Source of the DNA: Spirochaetia bacterium
Lineage (GTDB): Bacteria; Spirochaetota; Spirochaetia; UBA9216
Direction of reading: 5' to 3'
DNA: 64,000 nt
NCBI GenBank assembly: GCA_963675665.1
Contig: OY776510.1
Span: 2,240,001-2,304,000 of the forward strand
Shown here: positions 29,427 to 38,714 of the stretch, in pieces
Position numbering within the stretch: position 1 is the first letter of the stretch
Layout of the letters: each line of letters begins with the position of its first letter
Translations under genes and position numbers: made by a program
Notes under the pieces: model-generated
Database searches by the model: none
The model's input: the letters and a program-made list of their open reading frames with translations, nothing else
Told to the model about the DNA's origin: nothing

Positions 29427-29936
29427 TTATTTTGCCCTTAACACCAGTGTAAGTTGATCGGAGTAATAACCGGCTGCGTATGCCGTAGACTGGTTGTAAA
29501 TCATATCAAGATCTCCCGAGGCGTCTCCGGTTGTGTTGGTTTCTTCTGCATAGCTTACTCCAGCTGTTGACGGCGCAACATCCGTACCAAGAGTGGTCGA
29601 ATCCGGAGATGCATAGAGCAGGGTGTAGGCAATTGTATCGCCGTCTGCATTAGTCATAACGCCGTCATTTGCCGAATAGATATACAGATCCCAGCCTGCC
29701 GAAGCATTAGAAGCTATTACAATGCTGGCCAAATTTTCAGTATGATCGTTTGCGTCCGCAGTGTTGAGCGCAAGGTTGTCAATACCGATCTCGGCTGTAA
29801 CCGTCAAATTCAGTACCAGCGGAACAGTGCCGCCGATGTTAAGTGTATCGCCGTTAGCCGCGAATGCAGTTCCTGCAACAAGTATAAGAACCAGAAAAAT
29901 TATCAACTTTTTTAACAGATTTGCTTTGAAGTTCAT
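29427..29936 (-). CDS. Major pilin subunit (Cys-free, acidic)
   Basis: Signal peptide (AFA), SN...GW, C-terminal AGYYSDQLTLVL motif; GGAGG RBS; first gene of cluster. Confidence 0.7.
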   Translation of the reverse strand: MNFKANLLKKLIIFLVLILVAGTAFAANGDTLNIGGTVPLVLNLTVTAEIGIDNLALNTADANDHTENLASIVIASNASAGWDLYIYSANDGVMTNADGDTIAYTLLYASPDSTTLGTDVAPSTAGVSYAEETNTTGDASGDLDMIYNQSTAYAAGYYSDQLTLVLRAK

Positions 29937-30118
29937 ATTATGCCTCCGTTATATAGTGGTTCCCAGTTTTTACCCATATAGATAATACAAAGTTTAATGT
30001 TTTTAAATTGGAAAATCAAACACAATAAAAAAAATGTTGCTTTATACGGGGAAAAGAGCTGAAATTTTGTTAATTTCCGGTGAAGAAAGCAATTAACCCG
30101 AGCCGATAAGTATAACAT

Positions 30119-30841
30119 ATGGATTTTAGTTTTTCGCCTGCCCTTGTCATAATGAATATCGCCTATGTGCTTAACCTGATTGGGCTGGCAGTTAAAAATA
30201 TTCTTATCCTCCGTATTCTGTTAATCAGCGGACAGATAATTCTTATATATACAGGCTATGTACGCGGAAACTGGATTGTAATGTTCTGGAATACGATTTT
30301 TCTGATTATCAACCTGTTGCGGACCATTATGCTTCTGATAGAAATGCGCCCCGTTAAGGTCCCCGAGGAGCTTGACGACATTTACCGTGAAAACTTCATT
30401 TACATGACCGAACGTGAATTCCTGAGGTTCTGGAAAACCGGAGAAAAGAAAACAGTTGAGGATGATTATGTTATAAAAGCCGGCGAGACGCCGGATTCCG
30501 TGTTCATAATAGTTAACGGGCGCGCTGTTGTCCGTAACAGGGCGGTAACCGTTGCGGTCATCGGACGGGGCGGTTTTATCGGGGAAATGAGCTATGTTTC
30601 CGACCGTCCGCCTTCTGCCGATGTGATAGCCGACTCCGAACTCGTTCTGTGGTGCTGGAAAAGGTCAGATATGAACAGGCTTAAAATCCGTGAACACAGC
30701 CTTTGGGTTAAGGTGCAGCAGGCCCTGGGGCATGATCTTGTAACAAAAGTTAACAAGATGAGCGATAAAAAAAATGATAAACCGGGCGGACTGCTTGCCA
30801 GGGCGTCAAGGTTTACAGATTCAACCCGCGGCAGTATCTAA
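30119..30841 (+). CDS. Popeye-like membrane cyclic-nucleotide-binding protein
   Basis: Three N-terminal TMs with LILR and WN..F..IN, then cNMP-like beta-barrel (G.A.V, GFIGEMSY, SADV.A). Confidence 0.75.
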   Translation: MDFSFSPALVIMNIAYVLNLIGLAVKNILILRILLISGQIILIYTGYVRGNWIVMFWNTIFLIINLLRTIMLLIEMRPVKVPEELDDIYRENFIYMTEREFLRFWKTGEKKTVEDDYVIKAGETPDSVFIIVNGRAVVRNRAVTVAVIGRGGFIGEMSYVSDRPPSADVIADSELVLWCWKRSDMNRLKIREHSLWVKVQQALGHDLVTKVNKMSDKKNDKPGGLLARASRFTDSTRGSI

Positions 30842-30842
30842 A

Positions 30843-30869
30843 AAGGCCGCCGAAACCATTCCGGCAGCC
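30843..30869. terminator. Hairpin terminator between convergent genes
   Basis: AGGCCGCCG...CGGCAGCCT stem with an A-run on the left (U-tail for fucI). Confidence 0.6.
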
Positions 30870-30907
30870 TGAACCTGCTTTAAGTATTGTAATCCTCTTA
30901 ATTGAAC

Positions 30908-32698
30908 TTACCTGTAAACCGGTCCTAATGCCTTACAGGCGCGGTAATCGGCGCCTTCCCGGTCCATTCCGAAAGCATTCCATGTGCTGGGTCTGAAGAT
31001 CTTTTCATCGGCTACATTATGCATGCATACGGGTATTCTCAGAATTGAAGCCAGCGTAATCAGGTCGGCTCCGATATGCCCGTAGCTTACGGCGCCGTGG
31101 TTGGCACCCCAGGCGGCCATAACCGAGTACGTGTCCTTAAACGGCCCGTCTTTGCCGTCTACTACCGGTGCAAACCATGTTGTAGGCCAGGTAGGGTCGG
31201 TTCGTTTATCAAGCTGATCATGGACCTGTTCGGGTATTTCCACTGTATATCCTTCTGCAATCTGGAGGACAGGTCCGAGCCCGTCCACAAGGTTAAGCCG
31301 GGTCATTGTGCACGGCATTCCGCCTTTTGTCAGGAAGTCGGTGGACCATCCGCCGCCGCGGAAGTATTCGGTAGAGGCAGGTCTGAATTCAGTCGCTTTC
31401 AGGCATTTCGATACTTCGTCTGTTTTTATGTCCCAGAAGGGTTTCATTACAGGTTTGCCTTCGCTGTCTGTCTGTTGTCCTGTGCCGTCGAGACAGGTTG
31501 AGCCAGAATTGATTAGGTGTATAAGCCCGTCCTTTGCAAGGCCGTCAGGTTTCCATCCTGTTACCCGTTCGATTGCCTCGGGGCTCCAGTATGTTCTGAC
31601 GTCGCTGAAAATTTGTGCCGTATCGGTAAGCAGGTGGCCGAACATCATTGATACGCCGTTTAGAGCGTCGTTTTCTGTTGCGCAAAGGTAGGGTTCACGG
31701 ATTCCGTTCCAGTCGAAAGATGTATTAAGCATGGTTTCCATAAAATCGCCGTTGCATTTGAAGTCGGTCCATTGGCGCTGTCCCTGGAACCCGGAGAGCA
31801 GGGCGTTTCGTCCCAGAGCTTCTTCTCCGAAACCGAGTTCAGCAAGCCTGGGATTGCCGACCATCATGTCACGCGCTATCATGGTCATCCTGACGGCTGT
31901 TTCCCAGTCGTCATTCTTCTGTTCTTTTGTGCGCTGTACATCAGGTCTGTTGTTGTCGGGACCTTCCTTGCAGTTTGCCTTTGTCCATTTAAGGGCTTTT
32001 TCAAATTCGTCCGGATCATAAATGCCTTCTTCCATTCTGCGGATAAATTCCGACATGTCCACGACCTCTGTGCGCATGCCGAGATATTTCTGAAAGAAAT
32101 CCTGATCAACAATCGATCCGGCGATACCCATCGATACTCCGCCGAAGGAGAGGTATGCCTTACCTTTCATATATGCTGCGGCAAGACCGGCTTTTATGAA
32201 ACGTAAAATCTTTTCTTTTACATCGTCGTGGATGGAAGTATCTGAAGCGTCCTGAACCTCACGTCCGTAAATTCCGAACGCAGGCAGTCCCTTCTGCGCA
32301 TGTGCCGCCAGAACTGCCGCCAGATAAACGGCTCCCGGACGTTCTGTCCCGTTAAATCCCCATACAGCCTTCGGGGTCAGGGTGTCCATATCCATTGTTT
32401 CCGAGCCGTAGCACCAGCAGGGCGTTACGGTCAGCGAAACGCCGACATTTTCCTTTCTGAATTTATCTGCGCAGTCGGCAGCTTCGGCAAAACCTCCAAT
32501 AGTGGAGTCCGCTATAACACATTCCACCGGCAGTCCGTTAGGATGTCTGAGATTTTCACATATCAGCTTTGCCGCGGCTTTTGCCATATTCATCGTCTGA
32601 TCTTCAAGCGATTCCCGGACGCCCTTTCTCCTGCCGTCGATGGTCGGTCTGATACCTACTTTGGGCATTTCGCCGCGCAGTCTGTTTGTAAATTCCAT
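30908..32698 (-). CDS. fucI: L-fucose isomerase
   Basis: [49 protein letters not shown]. Confidence 0.97.
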   Translation of the reverse strand: MEFTNRLRGEMPKVGIRPTIDGRRKGVRESLEDQTMNMAKAAAKLICENLRHPNGLPVECVIADSTIGGFAEAADCADKFRKENVGVSLTVTPCWCYGSETMDMDTLTPKAVWGFNGTERPGAVYLAAVLAAHAQKGLPAFGIYGREVQDASDTSIHDDVKEKILRFIKAGLAAAYMKGKAYLSFGGVSMGIAGSIVDQDFFQKYLGMRTEVVDMSEFIRRMEEGIYDPDEFEKALKWTKANCKEGPDNNRPDVQRTKEQKNDDWETAVRMTMIARDMMVGNPRLAELGFGEEALGRNALLSGFQGQRQWTDFKCNGDFMETMLNTSFDWNGIREPYLCATENDALNGVSMMFGHLLTDTAQIFSDVRTYWSPEAIERVTGWKPDGLAKDGLIHLINSGSTCLDGTGQQTDSEGKPVMKPFWDIKTDEVSKCLKATEFRPASTEYFRGGGWSTDFLTKGGMPCTMTRLNLVDGLGPVLQIAEGYTVEIPEQVHDQLDKRTDPTWPTTWFAPVVDGKDGPFKDTYSVMAAWGANHGAVSYGHIGADLITLASILRIPVCMHNVADEKIFRPSTWNAFGMDREGADYRACKALGPVYR

Positions 32699-32718
32699 AT
32701 TCTATTCCTCCGTATCTT

Positions 32719-32754
32719 TCAATAATAAATGTAATCGATTACATTTATTATTGA
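32719..32754. promoter_or_regulatory. LacI-type operator within a perfect 36-bp palindrome upstream of fucI
   Basis: TCAATAATAAATGTAATC|GATTACATTTATTATTGA; core TGTAATCGATTACA. Confidence 0.85.
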
Positions 32755-32802
32755 TCCAATCAGGCATTTTTGCAAGTAAAATGTTCAAATATATGACCGG
32801 GG

Positions 32803-33822
32803 TCATACCGGTTTTACAGATCTGTGTTCTATGAGTCCGGTTTTTAGTCTGATAAACCGGGACGGGCAGATTTGGGTTGAACCTGATGCGAATTCCTCAA
32901 TCCTTTCGAGCAGCATTTCAGCGGCTTTTTCTCCCATGCTGTGCATCGGCTGGGATACGGTAATGCTGGAGAAACCCAGGATCGATGAAAGCGACATGTC
33001 GTCGAAACCGGCAATCCGTATTCCGGGCTGTACCCGGTTATTATTTTCAATAAGGAATTTGGTTGCGCCTACCTGTAGAAAATAATTTGCTATAAATACA
33101 TTCTCAGGCGGGTTGGGGCCGATCATAAGCTCTTTCATCAGCTCATAACCTGAATTTATGTGGACATTGCCGAATTTTATGATTTCGTCTTCCAATGCGA
33201 TGTTATAATCGCTTAATGCGCGTTTGAATCCTTCATATCGCTCCCTGAAATTCGATAATTCAAGACTTCCGCCGATAAAACCGAATCTTTTGCAGCCGGT
33301 TTCGATAAGATGTACTACCGCTGAATAAGTGCCGTTGATGTTGTCGGCAAGAACGGCATCGGAATTAAAATCATCTACCAGCCTGTCTACCAAAACTACC
33401 GGAATTCCAGCTTCGGGCAGCCGGTTGAAATGCGCGCCTGCAGAGCTTGCGGGAATAATGATTGCACCGTCCACACATTGCTCAATAAGCAGATCTATAC
33501 GATCCTGTTCATATTTTTCATCTTCATTGGCATTACATATAATTACACCGTAGCCCCTGGTTCTCAGCACATCTTCCACGCCCTGGGCAACAGTCATGAA
33601 GAAGTCGTTGGCAAGTTCGGGAACAAGAAGGCCAACTGTACCTGTTCTTGAGGTCTTGAGGCTTCGTGCCGCCTTGTTTATTCGGTACCCGGTGTTTTTG
33701 ATAGATTCCTTAACCCTTCTCCGTGTTTCCGGTTTTATTCCCGGATCATTATTTAAAACCCGCGATACTGTAGCTGTGGATACCCCGGCATGGGCTGCAA
33801 CGTCCTTAACTGTAATTGCCAA
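32803..33822 (-). CDS. LacI-family transcriptional regulator
   Basis: TVKDVAAHAGVSTATVSRVLN HTH, ARSL, GFDD; TTG start. Confidence 0.95.
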   Translation of the reverse strand: MAITVKDVAAHAGVSTATVSRVLNNDPGIKPETRRRVKESIKNTGYRINKAARSLKTSRTGTVGLLVPELANDFFMTVAQGVEDVLRTRGYGVIICNANEDEKYEQDRIDLLIEQCVDGAIIIPASSAGAHFNRLPEAGIPVVLVDRLVDDFNSDAVLADNINGTYSAVVHLIETGCKRFGFIGGSLELSNFRERYEGFKRALSDYNIALEDEIIKFGNVHINSGYELMKELMIGPNPPENVFIANYFLQVGATKFLIENNNRVQPGIRIAGFDDMSLSSILGFSSITVSQPMHSMGEKAAEMLLERIEEFASGSTQICPSRFIRLKTGLIEHRSVKPV

Positions 33823-33837
33823 TTTATTTCCTCGTGT

Positions 33838-33851
33838 TGTAATCGATTACA
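33838..33851. promoter_or_regulatory. Second copy of LacI operator (autoregulation)
   Basis: Identical TGTAATCGATTACA about 15 bp upstream of the lacI-family start. Confidence 0.85.
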
Positions 33852-33947
33852 TAAGTATATCATTACGTTTATCCGTAAAGCAAGTTTAAAGATGATGAAA
33901 ATACAGCAAATTGTTTTATGTGCAGGTTCGGATACAGACAGCAGGAT

Positions 33948-34526
33948 TTATTTATCGGGGTCCTGTCCGAGTATATGTCTGGTCATTTTTTCGATCGGTA
34001 TTTCCTTGATTCCCAGGCTTGCCTGGATGAATATTCCGTCGAGACAGGCCAGGATTAATTCGGAGAGAATTTCCTTATCGGAATGTTCGCTGATTATCTT
34101 CGACAGGCCTTCTTTTACTGTATTTTTCCATTGCTGATATATTTCGCGAACCCTGATTGTTGCGGCTTCCGACCCCGAAATACCGTCATAGATCAGGTAC
34201 AAATGAAGGCGTCCGCGTTTGCTTGCCCTGGTAAGCAGGCTGTATACAGCCTGAAGGATTTTTTCCGGCGGCAGGCCCTCGCTCATGCTGCCTACCCAGC
34301 GCAGAATGTCTTCGCTGAGGCGGGTCATATGCCGGTTTGTAATTTCAAAGATTAATTCTGATTTTGTCGGATAGTAATAGTACAGAGTTCCCTTACTGAT
34401 GCCGCTTTCACGCGCTATGTCTGAAAGGCTTGTATTCTCCGCGCCCTGCTTTGTAATCAGGAAAGCTGCCGTACTTATTATTTTTTCTCTGGTTTTCGCG
34501 GAATCCGCATTTTTCATCTTGCCCAT
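33948..34526 (-). CDS. TetR/AcrR-family regulator
   Basis: TSLSDIARESGISKGTLYYYYPTKSEL. Confidence 0.93.
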   Translation of the reverse strand: MGKMKNADSAKTREKIISTAAFLITKQGAENTSLSDIARESGISKGTLYYYYPTKSELIFEITNRHMTRLSEDILRWVGSMSEGLPPEKILQAVYSLLTRASKRGRLHLYLIYDGISGSEAATIRVREIYQQWKNTVKEGLSKIISEHSDKEILSELILACLDGIFIQASLGIKEIPIEKMTRHILGQDPDK

Positions 34527-34545
34527 CGGTTTATTTATCGGCCTC

Positions 34546-35343
34546 TTACTGTAAAAATGTTCCTGTTATTTTTTTAAACTCCGCCCGGTCGGAATGCCGC
34601 ACAATTTCAGGGGTTTTTCCGGCCATTGCAAGTTTATCGTTTTTTATTATAAGAACACCTTCAATTTTTTCAACCGCTGCAATATGCTTTGCAGCCGGTT
34701 CGAGGTCTTTTTCGGTTTTAACCAGGTTGCATCCGAGGGTTGCGGCAGCATCGGCGACGGCTGCGTCGGCTGATATAACCGTACAGAGATCACAGTGGCC
34801 GAAACTCAAGGAGTGACCCATCAGGCTTGATGAAGAGCAGACCGCAATTCCGCCGGGGGGAGGTTTTACCTTAAGCGCAAGATTTCCGAACCTTGAACCG
34901 GGCCCGCTGAATATGCCGGCTATAACCGGTTTCCCGTCATGTTTATCCGAAGGCAGTATGAAAATATCGCCGCCGTTTTCAATGATAATCTCTGGCGTGA
35001 TTTCTCCGCTTTGAAGGCTGAATTCTTCAGCTGCCCTGCAGGCTGCAAGCTGTGCGACGGTTCCTGCTACGGCCGCCATTGGACCAATTCCGGTTTTTCG
35101 TGCTGCTTCAGCCATAATAACTGCAGAGGTCGGCGCCCCGGGAAGAAGATCAAGCGGCACAAGAGATTTGAGGAATTCCGGCTGCAGCTTTATATATGCT
35201 TCAAGCTCATCTCTGAGCGCTGTGATTTCCGACGTAATAATTCTGTAAAGAATCGGACCGTACGGCGACTTCTCATCAGGAGATATCCGGTATGAGGCGT
35301 CACGATATCTGAAGGTTGTAAAGCTTCGTCCGGATTCGTGCAT
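34546..35343 (-). CDS. UPF0280/ApbE-like protein (MA1715-type)
   Basis: GPMAAVAG, ENGGDI, CSSS..GHSLSFG..D, ADAAAT..CN. Confidence 0.85.
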   Translation of the reverse strand: MHESGRSFTTFRYRDASYRISPDEKSPYGPILYRIITSEITALRDELEAYIKLQPEFLKSLVPLDLLPGAPTSAVIMAEAARKTGIGPMAAVAGTVAQLAACRAAEEFSLQSGEITPEIIIENGGDIFILPSDKHDGKPVIAGIFSGPGSRFGNLALKVKPPPGGIAVCSSSSLMGHSLSFGHCDLCTVISADAAVADAAATLGCNLVKTEKDLEPAAKHIAAVEKIEGVLIIKNDKLAMAGKTPEIVRHSDRAEFKKITGTFLQ

Positions 35344-35349
35344 ATCGGG

Positions 35350-35769
35350 TCAGAATATGGTTGTACAGGCTTCGAAGGGACAGTTTCGTATACAGCTGAG
35401 ACATTCTATGCATTTCTCTCCGTTAAATACTACCTTGCGGCTGGATTCATCAGAGACATAAAGCGCCCCTGTAGGGCAATGACTGAGGCAGTTTCCGCAA
35501 CTGACGCATTTTCCTTCATTCCAGATTAGACTGTTTTCGGTATGGTTGATATCTACATCGAATGAACTGAGAAACCGGAGCCCGCTTTCAATCTGATCTT
35601 TTTCTCCGGACAAATCAATTGCCATATGGCCTTCTTCGTTTGGGGTTATCCTTGCCCGGTATATATTGACCTGCAGGTCATATTTGCGTATCAGTTCTGA
35701 AATAATGGGTTTGCCGGCAATTTCACCTGTAAATGTAAGAAGAACTCTTCTGGTTACCATGCTGCTCAT
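35350..35769 (-). CDS. NIL-domain ferredoxin (MA1822-type)
   Basis: N-terminal NIL (KPIISELIRKYDLQVNIYRA) plus two CxxCxxCxxxCP motifs. Confidence 0.9.
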   Translation of the reverse strand: MSSMVTRRVLLTFTGEIAGKPIISELIRKYDLQVNIYRARITPNEEGHMAIDLSGEKDQIESGLRFLSSFDVDINHTENSLIWNEGKCVSCGNCLSHCPTGALYVSDESSRKVVFNGEKCIECLSCIRNCPFEACTTIF

Positions 35770-36962
35770 GCCCGGCCTCCCTGTTTTCTGATTTTAAGCG
35801 ACGACATGCCCTGTTTTGCAGGCAGCGGCCGGATTGGTCTGGAAAGATGGAATTCTCCGCGCCTGATTTGCTCTTTAAGCAGTTCTGCAATCTTAAGGGC
35901 TTTGGAATATGACGACATTGAGCCGGTAACAACCTTTTTACCATTAATTTCAACCTGGCCGCTGCGCATCTGTTCGTAGGAGAGTTTGCATAATATATCG
36001 CCCCTGCGTTCCGGATAGGCGGATGAATAATCAATTACCGGAGCAAATATCTCGCTGTCTCGTACAGTACAGTTTTTAAGGATCTCCCTGTCCAGGATAG
36101 GGATAGGTATGCCGACGCCCAGCGCCAGCGAGGCGCCGTAACCTTTGAGGCTTACACCGCGGACATATTCCGCATCCATTTTTTTCATGTCGCCGGTAAG
36201 CGCCAGGGTTCCGGCGCCTTCCGTCGGCACCCCGTTCTCACCGCGATCGCAGAGCGATGCATGCTGGGTTCCTTCAGCGTAAACATGGCCGTGTGCTCCC
36301 GCAAGCCATACGCTTGTTCCTACGCCGATTGTTCTGTAATGAGGATCATTCAGAAGCGGCGAAAGTTGACCGGCGGAACAGTAGGTCAGGTTTTTCATAT
36401 TGGGATTAAGCTTTCCGAGATAGGTATGAATAGGTTTGTCCGAGCAGTTAATTGCAACATTATAATTCTGATAACAGTTGCGCGGATTTGTCATTATTGC
36501 CTGATTAAGATCGTCTATGGTTATGTATGATCGAAGCTCTTTAAGCGGGTATTCATCGGTACCGTAGGAAAGAGCGAAAAGCTGAACCTCTTCTCCAGCA
36601 ACAAGTTTTTCGATAACATGTCCGCCGCCGAACAGGAAATCGCCGGGATAATACATGTTGGCCGGATCATTATGTCGCAGCTGGGTTGCTCCGAGATAAA
36701 CATCTACCGCTGCAATGCCTGCGTACGCCATCACATCATCAAGCCATACTTCGGTCATTCTCATTTTTGGTTTTGAATGCCCGAAATTGAGAAAACATCC
36801 TGAAGAGCACATCGGTCCGAATGTGGCTGTTGTAACTACGTCGATTTCGGCAGCGGCTTCGTCCAGGCCCTTTCTGTCAACATAGCCGATTACTTCATCT
36901 GCAGTGAGAACAACTGCTGTTCCGGATTCAATTTTCGAGTTTATTTCTTCATATGTCTTCAT
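35766..36962 (-). CDS. Homocysteine biosynthesis protein / aspartate-semialdehyde sulfurtransferase (DUF39, MA1821-type)
   Basis: KTYEEINSKI..G.AVVLTA.E, DVVTTATFGPMCSSG, NPRNCYQNY, GQLSPLLNDP, GVGIPIP. Confidence 0.88.
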   Translation of the reverse strand: MKTYEEINSKIESGTAVVLTADEVIGYVDRKGLDEAAAEIDVVTTATFGPMCSSGCFLNFGHSKPKMRMTEVWLDDVMAYAGIAAVDVYLGATQLRHNDPANMYYPGDFLFGGGHVIEKLVAGEEVQLFALSYGTDEYPLKELRSYITIDDLNQAIMTNPRNCYQNYNVAINCSDKPIHTYLGKLNPNMKNLTYCSAGQLSPLLNDPHYRTIGVGTSVWLAGAHGHVYAEGTQHASLCDRGENGVPTEGAGTLALTGDMKKMDAEYVRGVSLKGYGASLALGVGIPIPILDREILKNCTVRDSEIFAPVIDYSSAYPERRGDILCKLSYEQMRSGQVEINGKKVVTGSMSSYSKALKIAELLKEQIRRGEFHLSRPIRPLPAKQGMSSLKIRKQGGRA

Positions 36963-37086
36963 ATAATCGACAGTATATTATTGTTTTATTTATTTCAAGG
37001 CAAATCGGTTGCCGAATAATCTTCAATATCAGAATATTTTTTTTTCTTGGCTTGCAATCAATATTAAAAAAGTTCAAAATTGACCT

Positions 37087-37488
37087 ATGATTGGTTTGAA
37101 GGCTGACGGTTCTCCGTACCGTATTATGATTGTGGACGACTCAATATTTGTACAAAACCAGATAAAAAAACTGCTTCTTCCGGAGGGATTTGAAATAGTT
37201 GCTACCGCCGGTCATGGACGCGAGGCAATAGAAAAATACCAGTCGCTCTGTTCAGGTATCGATTTGGTCACCATGGATATTACCATGCCGGGTATGCACG
37301 GTGTTGAAGCCATGAAAGAAATCATAAAGATTAATCCTGATGCTTGCGTTATTATAGTCAGCGCACTGGGCAGAACCGATTTGATGAAAGAAGCTTTGCT
37401 TTGCGGTGCCGCCAATTATATTATCAAACCGATTAAGAGGAAAAATCTTTTACAGACTATACAGTATGCAATTCAGGCATTTATATAA
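37087..37488 (+). CDS. Single-domain CheY-like response regulator
   Basis: IVDDS, MDITMP, SA, IIKP; spirochaete-like N-terminal extension GLKADGSPYR. Confidence 0.9.
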   Translation: MIGLKADGSPYRIMIVDDSIFVQNQIKKLLLPEGFEIVATAGHGREAIEKYQSLCSGIDLVTMDITMPGMHGVEAMKEIIKINPDACVIIVSALGRTDLMKEALLCGAANYIIKPIKRKNLLQTIQYAIQAFI

Positions 37489-38714
37489 TCCGAATATCTG
37501 CTCAGGATTTCATCGCCGCAGACCGCTTTGATTTTAATTACCGAATCGGTATATTTTTCTTCAATAATCTCGCATGCGTTGTGTATATGACCGGTGATTC
37601 TGTACCCTCCGGGTTCAACCGGGATGCGGAATTCTGTTACCCGTCTGCCTTCCCGCAGCATTTTTTCCATTTCATTAACCAGCTCTTCCATACCGGCTCC
37701 GGTTTTTACCGAACAGAATATACAGTTTTCGGCATCAAGCTGGATGCTTTTGATATTCATAAGCTTTGATTCATCATCATCAAAACAGTCTGTTTTATTA
37801 AACACTGTCAGTATACGTTTGCTTCCGGCTCCAATCTCCGTCAGTGTTTCAAGGGTCGTCCGGTACTGGGCCTCGGCGGACGGATCTGATGAATCGATAA
37901 CATGAATCAGGAAATCGGCTATTACCGCTTCTTCCAGAGTAGAATGAAAAGCCTGAACCAGTTTATGCGGCAGGTCACGAATAAATCCTACGGTGTCTGT
38001 AAGAGTCATTTTATGTCCGTTTTTCAGTATCAGTAATCTTGTAGTTGGATCAAGGGTGGCAAAAAGCTTGTCTTCAGCGGGAATCCCGGCGTCGCAAAGC
38101 CTGTTTAAAAGAGATGACTTCCCTGCGTTGGTATAGCCCACGATACAGGCCGAGGGAATTCTTCCTGCACGTTTTGACCGTTGTACCGCCCGCTGTTTTT
38201 TTACCTCAATAAGCTCGCGTTTCATTCTTGCTATTTTTTTCAGTACTATCCGGCGGTCAACTTCCAGCTGGGTTTCACCCTCTCCGCGGGTACCGCGGGT
38301 GCCTCCGCGCTGCCTCGACAGGTGCGTCCATGCCCGGGTAAGGCGGGGCAGCGAGTATTCCATCCGGGCAAGCCCGGTCTGAAGAGCGGCTTCGCGGGTG
38401 ACCGCACGCTGTGAAAATATCTCAAGTATAACCTCATGCCTGTCAATAACGCATAATCCAGACGCTCTTTCCCAGTTGCGCTGTTGCGATGGAGAAAGGG
38501 GCGGGTTGAAAACAATCATGTCGGCTTCGTTGTCAATTGCCCACTCGATTATCTCTTCTGTTTTGCCCTTGCCAAGCAGCCAGGCCGGACCTGGTTTAAT
38601 CAGCGGAACTGTAAAGGTTTTTATCGTTTCAATTCCAATCGAAAGGCAGAGGGCTTCCAGCTCGCTGGTAAGTCTGCCGCTGTTTTTTAAGGCGACGATT
38701 ACTGCCTGTTCCAT
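37473..38714 (-). CDS. hflX: Ribosome-splitting GTPase HflX
   Basis: GYTNAGKSSLLN, DKLFATLDPT, DTVGFI, NKTD, GEGETQLEVDRR. Confidence 0.97.
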   Translation of the reverse strand: MEQAVIVALKNSGRLTSELEALCLSIGIETIKTFTVPLIKPGPAWLLGKGKTEEIIEWAIDNEADMIVFNPPLSPSQQRNWERASGLCVIDRHEVILEIFSQRAVTREAALQTGLARMEYSLPRLTRAWTHLSRQRGGTRGTRGEGETQLEVDRRIVLKKIARMKRELIEVKKQRAVQRSKRAGRIPSACIVGYTNAGKSSLLNRLCDAGIPAEDKLFATLDPTTRLLILKNGHKMTLTDTVGFIRDLPHKLVQAFHSTLEEAVIADFLIHVIDSSDPSAEAQYRTTLETLTEIGAGSKRILTVFNKTDCFDDDESKLMNIKSIQLDAENCIFCSVKTGAGMEELVNEMEKMLREGRRVTEFRIPVEPGGYRITGHIHNACEIIEEKYTDSVIKIKAVCGDEILSRYSDYINA

